NCBI GenBank assembly: GCA_017482685.1
Contig: JAFUMP010000024.1
Span: forward strand, 38,946 to 102,945
DNA: 64,000 nucleotides
Source of the DNA: a bacterium
GTDB lineage: Bacteria > Cyanobacteriota > Vampirovibrionia > Gastranaerophilales > Gastranaerophilaceae
Direction: 5' to 3'
In this document: positions 19,204 through 30,037 of the stretch, piece after piece
How positions within the stretch are numbered: the first letter of the stretch is position 1
Layout: each line of letters begins with the position of its first letter
Made by a program: the position numbers and the translations under genes
The notes under the pieces: generated by a model
The model's input: the letters and a program-made list of their open reading frames with translations, nothing else
Databases searched by the model: none
What the model was told of the DNA's origin: nothing

Positions 19204-21099
19204 ATGGAAATAAATCGTATTAATAATCGAGCAAATATAAATACAAAAGAGATAAAATATTTACCAGAACGACAAAATCTTGGAAATTTTTACCAAGGTG
19301 AAAAATTACTAGAGGAGCTAAATAAAATGAGCATGATTAATAACGTAAATATTTCAAACAAAAAAGATTTTGAATTTAATCTTTCTATGGAAGAACTTAA
19401 AAAACGTACACATAAAGATTATTTGACTACAAAAAAAATGTTGGCAGTTGATGCTCCTGAGTATTTGAACCTTGCAGATGGCGATAAAGAGGCGCTTAAA
19501 CATTTAGTAAAAGCAGCAGTTGTTCTTGGTAAAATCAATATGCAACTTGATAACCCAAATAATTTACCATTCAAAGAATATTTAGAAAAAGAAGTTGCTA
19601 AAGGTAACGAGCAAGCTAAACTAACAAAAATCCTTTTTGATGCACAAAAAGGTGTATGCTCTCTTGATAGAGAATCGAATATGATTGAGCTTGCAAAAGG
19701 CGTTAGTGAACGTGCCGGTAAAGGTATTTACCCACAAGATTTAGAAAAAGAAGAATTCCACTCAATTTTAATAAAGATGTTAAAAGAGGGTAAAAAGGAA
19801 GAAGTTGAGAAAATCCTTAATCAGCGTTCTGTTGTTGAAAGAAATGGTGACGAATTAGTCGCAATTGATTATATTGATAAATTTAAAGAAGATTTTACTT
19901 ATATGGCAGATGAATTGGAAAAAGCTAGTGAAGTTTCTACAAACGCTGATTTCAATGAGTTTTTAAAACTTCAAGCAAAAGCTTTACGCACAGCTGACCC
20001 AATGTTGGATGCTTATGCTGATAAAAAATGGGCAACTTTACAAGATACACCATTAGAATTTACTATTTCTAGAGAAAATTATTCTGATGAAATGACAGAG
20101 ACAGTTGTTGAAAACCCTGAACTAAAAGCTTTACTTGATGAAGCTGGAATTGTTCCTGTTGCAAAGGATTTTCTAGGCGGAAGAGTTGGTATTATTAATA
20201 AAAAAGGCACAGATGCTATTCTAGGAGTAAAGAATTATTTACCACTTATGGCTAAAAATATGCCGTTTAATAGTGAATACGAACAAAATATTTCACCAGA
20301 AGGTGATTCAAAACAGACAATGGTTGATGCTGATTTGGTAGCCGTAACTGGCGATCAAGGTGCTTATAGAGCAGGTATTACTTTAGCAGAAAACTTACCA
20401 AATGATGATAAATGGTCACTTACAAAGCTTGATGGTGGAAGAAGAAATGTTTATCATAGACAAATCCGTTTAATCACATCAGATGATGCTAAAGAAAAAA
20501 TGCAAAAACGATTAAATGCAACATTAAATCCTGAATTACATAAATATTATAATGATGAAGCTGACCATTGGTTTACGGTAGGTCACGAAAACGGTCATTC
20601 ACTTGGGCCAAAATCAGGTACAGAAGGATTAGGTAAATACAAATCTATTATCGAAGAAAACAAAGCTGATATGATTTCGCTTGCTATGGTTGATATTCTT
20701 ACAGAAGCTGGAATGTATACAAAAGAACAACGTGACCAAATTATTTTAACCTATGCAGTAGATAATATGCTAATGTCAAAACCTACAATGAGCCAAGCTC
20801 ATAGAGTGCGTTCAGTTATGCAAAATTATTATTTCTTAAAAGAAGGCGCTATTACTATTTCACCAGAAGGAATTTTGGATGTAAATATGGAAAAAATGGT
20901 TCCAACCGCAAAAAAAATGTTAGAAGAAATTATTCGAGTTCAATTATCTGGTGATTTTGCGACTGGTGAAAAATATGTTTTAGATAACTTTGTATGGACA
21001 CCAGAAATGGACAAAATGGCTGAAAACATTAAAAGTGTTTCAAAAACTCTTAATGGAAAAGTTGAATCTCCACTCGCAGATGAGCTTGTAAAAGCTTAA
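19204..21099 (+). CDS. Peptidase M49 (dipeptidyl-peptidase III)-like metalloprotease
   Basis: LAENLPND, GHENGHSLGP and EENKAD. Start moved to the ATG after GGAGG. Confidence 0.8.
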   Translation: MEINRINNRANINTKEIKYLPERQNLGNFYQGEKLLEELNKMSMINNVNISNKKDFEFNLSMEELKKRTHKDYLTTKKMLAVDAPEYLNLADGDKEALKHLVKAAVVLGKINMQLDNPNNLPFKEYLEKEVAKGNEQAKLTKILFDAQKGVCSLDRESNMIELAKGVSERAGKGIYPQDLEKEEFHSILIKMLKEGKKEEVEKILNQRSVVERNGDELVAIDYIDKFKEDFTYMADELEKASEVSTNADFNEFLKLQAKALRTADPMLDAYADKKWATLQDTPLEFTISRENYSDEMTETVVENPELKALLDEAGIVPVAKDFLGGRVGIINKKGTDAILGVKNYLPLMAKNMPFNSEYEQNISPEGDSKQTMVDADLVAVTGDQGAYRAGITLAENLPNDDKWSLTKLDGGRRNVYHRQIRLITSDDAKEKMQKRLNATLNPELHKYYNDEADHWFTVGHENGHSLGPKSGTEGLGKYKSIIEENKADMISLAMVDILTEAGMYTKEQRDQIILTYAVDNMLMSKPTMSQAHRVRSVMQNYYFLKEGAITISPEGILDVNMEKMVPTAKKMLEEIIRVQLSGDFATGEKYVLDNFVWTPEMDKMAENIKSVSKTLNGKVESPLADELVKA

Positions 21100-21893
21100 A
21101 TTTCATTGAGTTTTTGATATATAGCAGAATTTAATAAATACAAAAAATCCGATTTAATTAAACTTAAGTCGGATTTTTCATCCAAACTCATTTTGTACTC
21201 CAAAACATACCAATCATTTTTTGCCCAAATTAGCTTTGTTGTAAAAAAACCTGTAAAATCAGCATTTTCATCAGAAAGCATAAAACTTAATTTTGTTTTA
21301 TATAACTCAAGCCTCTCTAATTGGACTTCGGTAAAGTCATTTGGATTATAGAACGATAGAATACTTTTTCCATCCCAAAGTGATAATAAATTATAAACAG
21401 TTCCACTTAAATATTCTTCTAAAAAAACATCTCTTCCGCCTAGATTTTCACGATAATTTACAAGCTCATCCATAGAATAAGCTATTTTTGTAAGATGAGG
21501 ATTATTAGTCTTAATAACAACAGGAAAAAATAACGGTGCTTTGATTATTTCAGGATTATTTATAGAATAATAATCCATTAATCGTTTTGCAACTGTACGT
21601 GAAGCTTCTAGATTAAACCATTTAGAGTTTACAGATATTATATTGAGTAAGTTTTTTTTACAGAATTCAACAAATCCATTTTTTATAAACTCTTTATTCG
21701 AATGAAGTATCAAATCTATTTTTAGAGCTTTTGCCTTTTGAGATAAATCCTGAAAATCTAAGTATTCGATATTAGGAATCTCCTCTAAAGGCTCAGCAGA
21801 AGCTGTATAGATTCTATCTAAATACTTAGATTTTAAACAGGAATTTATGATATTTATATCAGATTTGCTTGTACCGAGAATGAGAATATTCAT
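21096..21893 (-). CDS. Degenerate PurD/ATP-grasp-like protein
   Basis: MNILILG, LEASRTVAKRLMDYYSI, FPVVIK, VFLEEYLSG and YVLEY. Only about 265 aa. Confidence 0.6.
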   Translation of the reverse strand: MNILILGTSKSDINIINSCLKSKYLDRIYTASAEPLEEIPNIEYLDFQDLSQKAKALKIDLILHSNKEFIKNGFVEFCKKNLLNIISVNSKWFNLEASRTVAKRLMDYYSINNPEIIKAPLFFPVVIKTNNPHLTKIAYSMDELVNYRENLGGRDVFLEEYLSGTVYNLLSLWDGKSILSFYNPNDFTEVQLERLELYKTKLSFMLSDENADFTGFFTTKLIWAKNDWYVLEYKMSLDEKSDLSLIKSDFLYLLNSAIYQKLNEI

Positions 21894-21987
21894 AAAAGTA
21901 TTGTAACATGGAATTTGATTTTCTACGCCCCTCTTGATTCTTAGGATAAAAAAAAGTATACTTATCTTTAGAAGAATGGAGGTTTTA

Positions 21988-23349
21988 ATGGATTTCAAGC
22001 ACATGCCTATAAATGGCGCTAATTATACAGATGCAGATATTAAAGGGCTTATCGCGGAATACAATGTTCAGTTTATCAAGCTACAATTTGTCGATATAAA
22101 TGGTCAGGTCAAAAATTTAGCCGTTCCAGCTGAACATATTGATAGGGTATTAAATAATGATATGATGCTTGATGGCTCATCTATAAAAGGTTTTCGTGAT
22201 ATAGAAACAAGCGACATGTTTTTCTATCCTGACAAAAACACTTTCCAAATTCTTCCTTGGCAAGAACGTGATGGAAAAAATTCAGCTCGTTTAATTTGTG
22301 ACATATATAACGCCGATGGAACACCTTTCGAAGGTTGCCCAAGATGTAATCTTAAAAGACTTATGGCTGAAGCACAAAAGCTGGGGCTTTCTATGAATAT
22401 TGGGCCAGAAGCTGAATTTTTCTTATTTGAAAAAGATGAAGATGATGTGATTACAACAAAAACTCACGACAAAGCTGGTTATTATGACGTTGGGCCTGAT
22501 GATTTAGGAGAAACTGTTCGCTCAGATATTGTTAGCACTCTACAAGAAATGGATTTTGATATCGAAGCTTCACACCACGAAGGTGCTGATGGACAACACG
22601 AAATAGATTTTAAATATTCTGACATTTTAACCGCTGCAGATAATGTTGTTACATTCCGTGTTGCTGTAAAAGCAATCTCTGCTCAATATGGGCTTCATGC
22701 AACATTCATGCCAAAACCTATTTATGGAATGAACGGTTCTGGAATGCATTGCAATATTTCACTTTCTAAAGACGGCAAAAACGCTTTCTATGATGAAAAC
22801 GCAGAATATCAACTTTCTGATATTGCAAAATATTCAATTGGCGGTATGCTAAAACATATCAAAAGCATTACAGCGATTTTAAACCCAACTGTGAATAGCT
22901 ATAAACGTCTAGTTCCTGGATACGAAGCGCCTGTTTATATGGCTTGGTCGCTAGCTAATAGAAGTGCGCTTTTAAGAGTGCCTGCAAAACGTGGAGTATC
23001 AACTCGTGTTGAGTTACGTTCACCAGATCCTTCTTGCAACCCATATCTAGCATTTGCAACAATTCTTGCCGCTTGTATTGATGGTGTGAGAAATAAAATT
23101 GAGCCACCAAAACCAGTAGAAGCAAATATTTATAAACTAACAGAAAAAGAAAGAAAAAGAATGCGTATAGAAGCCCTTCCTGGTAGCCTAGAAGAAGCTC
23201 TAGGATATATGAGGAACTCACTTATTGCAAAAGCTGCTCTCGGTGAACATATTGTAGATGAATTTGTAACTGCAAAAGATATTGAATGGGATTCTTTTAG
23301 AACCTACGTTTCTCAATGGGAGCTTGATAAATATTTAGCTAGATATTAA
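21988..23349 (+). CDS. glnA: Glutamine synthetase type I
   Basis: LDGSSIKGF, GPEAEFFLF, FMPKP, NSYKRLVPGYEAP and ELRSPDPSCNPY. RBS GGAGG. Confidence 0.97.
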   Translation: MDFKHMPINGANYTDADIKGLIAEYNVQFIKLQFVDINGQVKNLAVPAEHIDRVLNNDMMLDGSSIKGFRDIETSDMFFYPDKNTFQILPWQERDGKNSARLICDIYNADGTPFEGCPRCNLKRLMAEAQKLGLSMNIGPEAEFFLFEKDEDDVITTKTHDKAGYYDVGPDDLGETVRSDIVSTLQEMDFDIEASHHEGADGQHEIDFKYSDILTAADNVVTFRVAVKAISAQYGLHATFMPKPIYGMNGSGMHCNISLSKDGKNAFYDENAEYQLSDIAKYSIGGMLKHIKSITAILNPTVNSYKRLVPGYEAPVYMAWSLANRSALLRVPAKRGVSTRVELRSPDPSCNPYLAFATILAACIDGVRNKIEPPKPVEANIYKLTEKERKRMRIEALPGSLEEALGYMRNSLIAKAALGEHIVDEFVTAKDIEWDSFRTYVSQWELDKYLARY

Positions 23350-23378
23350 AAAAAGACGCCTTTACGGCGTCTTTTTTT
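23348..23378. terminator. Bidirectional intrinsic terminator
   Basis: AAAAAAGACGCC-TTTAC-GGCGTCTTTTTT. Confidence 0.9.
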
Positions 23379-24819
23379 ATCTTGTTAAACTTCGATATAA
23401 TTCAAGATACTTTTTAGCGCTTTCTTTCCAACTAAAATCAGCTTCCATTGCGCTTTGTCGCATTGCATTCAAAGTATATTTATCTTTATAAACTTCCATA
23501 GCACATTGTATTGCGCCTTTCATAGCCCAGCCATTATAACTCCAGAACTTAAACCCAGTTGAATTATCTAACGGATAGCCTACGACTGTATTATCAAGTC
23601 CACCTGTTACACGAACAATTGGCAAAGAACCGTATCTCATAGCAATAAGTTGTGATAGCCCACAAGGTTCAAACTTAGATGGCATTAAAAAGAAATCTGA
23701 GCCTGCATAGATTAAATTCGCCAAATCTCCTCTATAGCCAACGTAAGTTCTTATATTTGGTGTATTATTTGAAAGCCAAATAAATAAATTTTCATATTCC
23801 TTATCTCCTGAACCTAAGAATATAAAATCAGCATTCATTTGAGCTAATTCATTTTCAACTTGTCTTATCAAATCAATACCCTTTTGATCAACAAGACGAG
23901 AAATTAAAGCTATTAAAGGTCTGTCTTTTTTATATTCCAAGCCAAATTCTTTAAGAATAGCTTTTTTATTATCTTCTTTGTATTTAAAACTTTTTACATC
24001 ATAATTTTTAACTAATGATTTGTCTGTTTTAGGATTAAATGCATCGTAATCTATACCATTTAAGATACCTTCGATTTTATGAGTATGACCTCTAAGAGTA
24101 TAATCCATACCTTCGCCAAATTCGTCTCCTAAAATTTCTTCAGCATATTTTGGAGAAACAACAAGGACTTTGTCTGAATAGTTAATAGCACCTTTCATCC
24201 AGTTAACACGACCATAATGTTCACATCCCCATTCATTATAAACAATATCTTTACGCATATTAGCAAAATCTAAAATATCTTCAAACCAAACACCTTGATA
24301 AGCTAAATTATGGATTTCAAATACATTCTTAGTGTCTTTCCAAAATTCATCAAATTTATAATTTGCTTTTATATACAAAGGAATCATAGCTGTATGCCAA
24401 TCATTTGAATGGATAATATCAGCTTTAAAGTTTAATTGTTTTGCATATTCTAAAGTCGCAAGAGAAAATGCGACATATCTTTCATGTTCATAACGAGGAT
24501 CAAGCCAACGAGGATATACTTCTTGAAAACAAGAAAAATACCAATCATTTTCTACAAAAAATACATTAATATCTGTATTTGGAAGCTTTGTCATGTGAAG
24601 CTTAAATTTATGTGGCGAAGAACCAAAAGTTATCCACATTTCAGAGTTTTCTAATTCTTTTATCCCCCATTTAGCTCTATCAATACAACCATGAAGTGGG
24701 GTAAAAATTGCAATTTCAGCATCTTTTTCTAATGCTTTAGGTAAACTACCTACAACATCTGATAGCCCTCCAGCTTTCGAAAATGGTGAAACTTCCGCAG
24801 CAGCAAATAGTATTTTCAT
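23377..24819 (-). CDS. glgA: Glycogen synthase
   Basis: KAGGLSDV, HSNDWHT, HNLAYQG, RLVDQKG and FEPCGLSQL. Confidence 0.96.
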   Translation of the reverse strand: MKILFAAAEVSPFSKAGGLSDVVGSLPKALEKDAEIAIFTPLHGCIDRAKWGIKELENSEMWITFGSSPHKFKLHMTKLPNTDINVFFVENDWYFSCFQEVYPRWLDPRYEHERYVAFSLATLEYAKQLNFKADIIHSNDWHTAMIPLYIKANYKFDEFWKDTKNVFEIHNLAYQGVWFEDILDFANMRKDIVYNEWGCEHYGRVNWMKGAINYSDKVLVVSPKYAEEILGDEFGEGMDYTLRGHTHKIEGILNGIDYDAFNPKTDKSLVKNYDVKSFKYKEDNKKAILKEFGLEYKKDRPLIALISRLVDQKGIDLIRQVENELAQMNADFIFLGSGDKEYENLFIWLSNNTPNIRTYVGYRGDLANLIYAGSDFFLMPSKFEPCGLSQLIAMRYGSLPIVRVTGGLDNTVVGYPLDNSTGFKFWSYNGWAMKGAIQCAMEVYKDKYTLNAMRQSAMEADFSWKESAKKYLELYRSLTR

Positions 24820-24990
24820 CGCTCTACTCCTTCTATATTTGTGGGGATATTTCCCTGTTGGATTATTTTAAAAACTCTCTGTCCCAATTGTAAACCATTG
24901 TAAAATAAAAATCAATATTTTAGCAATTTTTATATAGATTTTGTTTTATTAAATATACGAAGCGTGTAATTTTATGAAAGTAGGTTATTT

Positions 24991-25629
24991 ATGACTCAAG
25001 TTAATAATATTCGTAAACCTGATTATGCAGGAGCGTTAACAACTGCCGCTGCTGGTGGAGCTGTATGGTCTGCTTGTGAGTATTTTTTCAAGAAACACCC
25101 ATATTTAAATGATAATAAAATTTTAAAAGATACTTTTGTAAAACAAATGGAAGAATCTTTACAAGCTATTAATGATGCAAAAACAATTGAAACTATAAAT
25201 TTTCAAAAAGGCCTTGAAGCTGAAATTGATGCAATAAAAAATTCTGGAGAAATGAAAAAATTTCTTGAAAATAAAAAAAATCTTATAGAAAATATGCCAG
25301 ATGATATGCTAGCACTTCTCCAAAAGTACATGTCAATAAATGTTGACGAAAAAGAATTTATAGAAGAAAAAAGTCTCATTAAAAATTTATTTAAACAAGA
25401 AGGACCATACAGAAAATATTTTCAAGAAACTATTGATGCTTGCTTAGATAAATCAGAAAAATTAGTTCATAATACTGAAAAAATGTCTGCTGAGAAATTT
25501 GGAGCTATTAAAAAAGCTATAAATAAATTTAGACTAAATTCAGCTTTAATATCTGGTTTATCATTTGCTGCAATTTCTGCTATTATAATGTGTGGATTTG
25601 AATTCTTCCTAGGGAAAAAGAAAAGTTAA
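24991..25629 (+). CDS. Hypothetical protein with terminal hydrophobic segments
   Basis: 212-aa ORF with a C-terminal TM segment. Confidence 0.7.
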   Translation: MTQVNNIRKPDYAGALTTAAAGGAVWSACEYFFKKHPYLNDNKILKDTFVKQMEESLQAINDAKTIETINFQKGLEAEIDAIKNSGEMKKFLENKKNLIENMPDDMLALLQKYMSINVDEKEFIEEKSLIKNLFKQEGPYRKYFQETIDACLDKSEKLVHNTEKMSAEKFGAIKKAINKFRLNSALISGLSFAAISAIIMCGFEFFLGKKKS

Positions 25630-25728
25630 TTTTTATTAACAAAATTCATCAATTTTTGCCATAAAATAGCAAATTAAAAAATTTTAGTGTATTATGTACA
25701 TTAGTTAATCAAAAAAAGGAAGAATTAG

Positions 25729-27174
25729 TTGGTAAAAACATTAAAAATCAACCGTGAAATTAAAATAAATGAAGTAGTTAAAATAAAAGCTCCAATTGTA
25801 GAAGCATTAAAAAACGCATCAGAAAATCCTACTTATCAATTTCATATTCCTGGACATACAAAAGGAAGAGCAGTTTTTTCAGACTTTAAAAAATTAATCG
25901 GAGAAAAAGCTCTTAATGTCGACACAACAGATGAATTTGACAATTTAGGTACACTTCACCCTGCAACAGGGCCAATTGGCGAGGCTCAAGAACTTGCAGC
26001 CCAAGCTTTTGGTGCTCAAAAAACTTTCTTCTTATTAAATGGTTCAACTGCTGGAAACATGGCTATTGGAATGTCTTGTACAAAAGCTGGTCAAAAAGTT
26101 ATAATCAACCGCAACTGCCACCGTTCAGCGCTTACTGGCTTAATGATTTCTGGTGCAGAACCAATATGGATTTGCCCTAATAGAATTGAAGACTGGTCAA
26201 TTTGGGGAAATCTTGATGCCCAAGTTATTGAAAAACATCTTCAAGAAAATGAAAATGTTGGTTTAGTTTGGATTACAAACCCAACTTATGAAGGTGTTGT
26301 ATCTGATATTAAATCAATAAGCAAAGTTTGTAAAAAATATGGAGTACCTTTAGTTGTTGATGAAGCTCACGGATGTTTATGGAACTTTAATAAAAATCTT
26401 CCTGAAACAGCATTAAAGCTTGGAGCAGACGCAGTTGTACATTCACTTCATAAAACAGGTGGAAGTATGAGTCAAAGCTCTATGTTGCATATTGCAAAAG
26501 ATTCTTTAATTAATCCTGATGCTGTAGAAAAAGCTTTGAAAATGTTACATACGACAAGTCCTTCATTAATGTTACTTGCAAGTTTAGACGCAGCTAGAGC
26601 TACTCTACAATCAAAAGCTGGTCAAGCAATGCTTGATAGGGCTGTTAAAAATGCGAAATATTTAAGAACACGATTAGATAATATTGATGGATTACATCAA
26701 CTAAAATCTGATTTTGGTTATAAAACAGATGTAACAAAAGTTTTTATTAAAATGGATGGACTTTCTGGAAAGCGTTTAGAGTCCATTTTAGAAATCGACT
26801 TTAATATCGAAGTAGAATCAGCCTCTGACATAGGTGTTTTAATCCTTTGTAATCTTGGCAATAGGCGTTCTGATTTTGTATATTTAGCAGATTGTCTAGA
26901 AAAAATTTCCAAAAGCGATTATAAAGATATTTATTATCTTGAAAAACGTAAGCACATGCCAATGTTAGATCCAATTATTAAAATGAGCTTACGTGATGCT
27001 TATTATGCTGAAAAAGAAGTCGTGGCAAAAGAAAATGCTATTGGAAAAATTTCAGCGGAGCTTGTTGCTGAATGTCCTCCTGGAATTTCAATTTTACTTC
27101 CTGGAGAATTGATTACAGAAGCTCATTTGCCATATTTAAATGATTATAAAACATTAGAAATTGTAAAAGAATAA
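25729..27174 (+). CDS. Arginine/lysine/ornithine decarboxylase (PLP-dependent)
   Basis: FHIPGH, LLNGST, VDEAHG, SLHKT, TTSPS and CPPGI. Confidence 0.92.
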   Translation: MVKTLKINREIKINEVVKIKAPIVEALKNASENPTYQFHIPGHTKGRAVFSDFKKLIGEKALNVDTTDEFDNLGTLHPATGPIGEAQELAAQAFGAQKTFFLLNGSTAGNMAIGMSCTKAGQKVIINRNCHRSALTGLMISGAEPIWICPNRIEDWSIWGNLDAQVIEKHLQENENVGLVWITNPTYEGVVSDIKSISKVCKKYGVPLVVDEAHGCLWNFNKNLPETALKLGADAVVHSLHKTGGSMSQSSMLHIAKDSLINPDAVEKALKMLHTTSPSLMLLASLDAARATLQSKAGQAMLDRAVKNAKYLRTRLDNIDGLHQLKSDFGYKTDVTKVFIKMDGLSGKRLESILEIDFNIEVESASDIGVLILCNLGNRRSDFVYLADCLEKISKSDYKDIYYLEKRKHMPMLDPIIKMSLRDAYYAEKEVVAKENAIGKISAELVAECPPGISILLPGELITEAHLPYLNDYKTLEIVKE

Positions 27175-27185
27175 TTTATAATAAC

Positions 27186-27230
27186 AACAATAAAAAAGGA
27201 TGATATAAAATATCATCCTTTTTTATTGTT
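27186..27230. terminator. Bidirectional intrinsic terminator
   Basis: AACAATAAAAAAGGATGATAT / ATATCATCCTTTTTTATTGTT. Confidence 0.85.
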
Positions 27231-27244
27231 TAAAACTCACTCTA

Positions 27245-27517
27245 CTATTGTGGTCTTCTTTCAATCCTAATTGCACTATCAGGACAAGTCATTGCGCAAG
27301 CTCCGCAAGCAATACAAATTTCAGGATCTGGAGCAACGGCAGGTGTTTGATAAAGCCCTACTTCTTTTGACCATTGAAGGCACTTTTTGCCAGCTTTATT
27401 CATAGGACATTTTGCGATACAAAGTCCACAGCCCTTACAAAGGTCTGTGTAAACATAATAATCAGCTTTACCTTTACCAACACCTTCGATTTTATAGCCT
27501 TTATATTGTTTTTCCAT
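27245..27517 (-). CDS. 2x[4Fe-4S] ferredoxin (oxidoreductase delta subunit)
   Basis: Two CxxCxxCxxxCP motifs. Confidence 0.92.
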   Translation of the reverse strand: MEKQYKGYKIEGVGKGKADYYVYTDLCKGCGLCIAKCPMNKAGKKCLQWSKEVGLYQTPAVAPDPEICIACGACAMTCPDSAIRIERRPQ

Positions 27518-28080
27518 TATACACCTGCTTTCTGTGCAACTAAGCTCATGCCCATTTCAAGAGCTTTGTAATTTAATTCTCTTAATTCAGGTTTTGCATC
27601 AAATTTCTTACCTAACGCAAGTTCCATAGCATTTTTAATATCACTAAGCTCAAGAACATGAGTTGCTTCAAGAAGTACCCCTAGAATAATTATATTAAAT
27701 ACCCTAGCACTTAATTGTTCATTTGCAATTTTGTTTGCATCAATACCAATAATTTCTTTGCATTCGCAAGTTGGTTTTTTAGTACAAACCGACGTGTCAT
27801 AAACTACAGTTGAATTTTTATCAACATAAGTTTCGCATCTATCGATTGCTCTGTCTGAAAGCATTATGATAATATCGCCTTTTGAGTAACGAGGCTCACC
27901 AATTCTTTCGTCTGCTATCTGACAAAAAGCAATTGATACACCACCACGTTGTTCTACACCAAAGTTTGGAATATATAATACTTCTTTATTAGCTTCATAG
28001 CCAGCTTCAACAAGGATTTTTGCAATAGATTGAACACCTTGTCCGCCTTCGCCTGCTAATACGATTTTTGTTCTTGCCAT
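27517..28080 (-). CDS. 2-oxoacid:ferredoxin oxidoreductase gamma subunit
   Basis: AGEGGQGV, FGVEQRGG and NIIILG. Confidence 0.92.
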   Translation of the reverse strand: MARTKIVLAGEGGQGVQSIAKILVEAGYEANKEVLYIPNFGVEQRGGVSIAFCQIADERIGEPRYSKGDIIIMLSDRAIDRCETYVDKNSTVVYDTSVCTKKPTCECKEIIGIDANKIANEQLSARVFNIIILGVLLEATHVLELSDIKNAMELALGKKFDAKPELRELNYKALEMGMSLVAQKAGV

Positions 28081-28095
28081 TTTCAAGTATCCTTT

Positions 28096-28848
28096 CTACA
28101 CTGATTCTGGAGCTAAAAATTCTTTTACTTCAAAATATTCTTCCATTTGTTGAAGCCTTGCAAACGTATCAACATTATTTGTTCTCCAGTTTAGAGGACA
28201 AATTGATAGAACTTCTACAAAAGAAAATCCACCATTTTCTACGTTTTTAAGCGCTTTAACAAAAGTTTGTTTTAACTTCATTGGATTAGAAACTGTTGAA
28301 CGAGCAACATAAGATTTTGACTTATTAGCAATTGCTGCAACCATTTCAGCTGCTTTTGCCGGTTCGCCGGTTACAGAACAATCTCTTCCATAAGGAGTTG
28401 TTTCTGTTTTTTGTCCTGGCATTGTTGTAGGTGACATTTGACCGCCTGTCATACCATAATTTGTATTGTTTACAACAATAATAAGCAATCTTTCACCACG
28501 AACAGAAGCATTTACTAAATGTTGCGCACCAATTGCAAGTCCACCACCATCACCCATATAAGCAATACCAATCGCTTCTGGATTCGCTCTTGTAACCCCA
28601 TAAATAACAGGAGTTGTTCTTCCATGGTGAGTTTGCACTGTATCTAAGTCCATATAGTTCCAGCTAAGCAATGAACATCCGATATCACAACCAAAAACAG
28701 TTTTTTGTTTGATGTCTAGTTCATCAATAGCATTACCTAATGATTTTAAAGTTATACCATGACCGCATCCTGGGCAAAATTTACTTGCACCAACTTCTGC
28801 GTTTTGTGATTTTGGTAAATTTGGAGGTAGATTTAATAATTCTGCCAT
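28096..28848 (-). CDS. 2-oxoacid:ferredoxin oxidoreductase beta subunit (TPP-binding)
   Basis: FCPGCGH, IGCS, HGR and GDGG...NNTNYGMTGGQ. Confidence 0.93.
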   Translation of the reverse strand: MAELLNLPPNLPKSQNAEVGASKFCPGCGHGITLKSLGNAIDELDIKQKTVFGCDIGCSLLSWNYMDLDTVQTHHGRTTPVIYGVTRANPEAIGIAYMGDGGGLAIGAQHLVNASVRGERLLIIVVNNTNYGMTGGQMSPTTMPGQKTETTPYGRDCSVTGEPAKAAEMVAAIANKSKSYVARSTVSNPMKLKQTFVKALKNVENGGFSFVEVLSICPLNWRTNNVDTFARLQQMEEYFEVKEFLAPESV

Positions 28849-28849
28849 T

Positions 28850-29947
28850 TTACACGCCCTCCTTAACAATGTTTTCTACTTTTTGAACAATATCATCTCC
28901 TGTTACACCAACACCCATTTTAAATAATGTTGAATAAGGAGTTGTAAGTCCATAAATTTTTTCTAATACCATTTGAGCAAGCTGACCGTTTGCTGATTCT
29001 GTGAATAAAAGATGTTTAGCTCTAGAAACAGCTTCTCTTAAAGGTTTTACCGCAAGTGGTCTAATTGTAATTGGTCTATATAGCCCAGCTTTAATACCTT
29101 TTTCTCTCAGCTCATCAATCGCAGTACGAGCTGAACGAGCAACGATACCATGAGCAATAACAAGAATTTCTGCATCATCAGCTTTGTATTCTTCCCACTC
29201 TGCAACATCTTCAGCCATTTTATCGTAATCAACTTGATATGAATCAAGAACTTCCATAAGCTCTTCTTCCATATTATAAGTATTTCTCATGTGAGCTGAT
29301 TTTCTATCAACACCAATTTCTCCATCAGCAAGAAGCGCTTTTTCAGTAGGAACCATTGTAATTCCGCGACTAGCTGGGTCATAAAGCATAACAGGTTCTC
29401 TCATTTTGCCTTGATATCCATCAGCTAGAACATAAGTTGGGAATTTGTATTTCCAAGCTGTATTAAATGCTTTAATCATGTAATCATATAAATCTTGGTG
29501 ACCAGCTGTAGAATAAACAATTCTAAAACCTTCGCCATTTCCGCCATAGCAAGTCAAACGAGTTTCTTGTTGAGCGTAAATAACTGTAGCTGTTGAAGGG
29601 CCCCCTCTTTGCATTACTGCACAAACAAAAGGTATTCTCATCATTTCTGCCATTGATTGAGCATCTTGCATAATAACATTACCAGGTCCAGCTGTAGCAG
29701 TGAAAGCTCGTTTACCAGCTAAAATACCGCCAATTGTTGAAAACCCTGCAGAAATTTCATCTTCTGTTTGCAAGAATCCCGCACCAGTTTTTGGTAGAAG
29801 CTTACACCAAGTATGCATAATTTCGTTTTGAGGTGTAATTGGATAACCGTACATAAATTCAGCTTCAGCTGAGTTCGCAGCATAAGCAAGAACTTCATTT
29901 CCGGTTAAAAACATTTTAGTGTCTTCTTTAATTAGTTTGTTAACCAT
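28850..29947 (-). CDS. 2-oxoacid:ferredoxin oxidoreductase alpha subunit (VorB-like)
   Basis: GYPITPQ, EDEISA, TATAGPG and QRGGPST. Confidence 0.93.
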   Translation of the reverse strand: MVNKLIKEDTKMFLTGNEVLAYAANSAEAEFMYGYPITPQNEIMHTWCKLLPKTGAGFLQTEDEISAGFSTIGGILAGKRAFTATAGPGNVIMQDAQSMAEMMRIPFVCAVMQRGGPSTATVIYAQQETRLTCYGGNGEGFRIVYSTAGHQDLYDYMIKAFNTAWKYKFPTYVLADGYQGKMREPVMLYDPASRGITMVPTEKALLADGEIGVDRKSAHMRNTYNMEEELMEVLDSYQVDYDKMAEDVAEWEEYKADDAEILVIAHGIVARSARTAIDELREKGIKAGLYRPITIRPLAVKPLREAVSRAKHLLFTESANGQLAQMVLEKIYGLTTPYSTLFKMGVGVTGDDIVQKVENIVKEGV

Positions 29948-30037
29948 AAATATTCCCCTTCAAATTCATAGTAATATTCTACTCCTAACAAAGAAAAATG
30001 TACAATAGACTTTAAATTTATATGCTAAAATAATACC

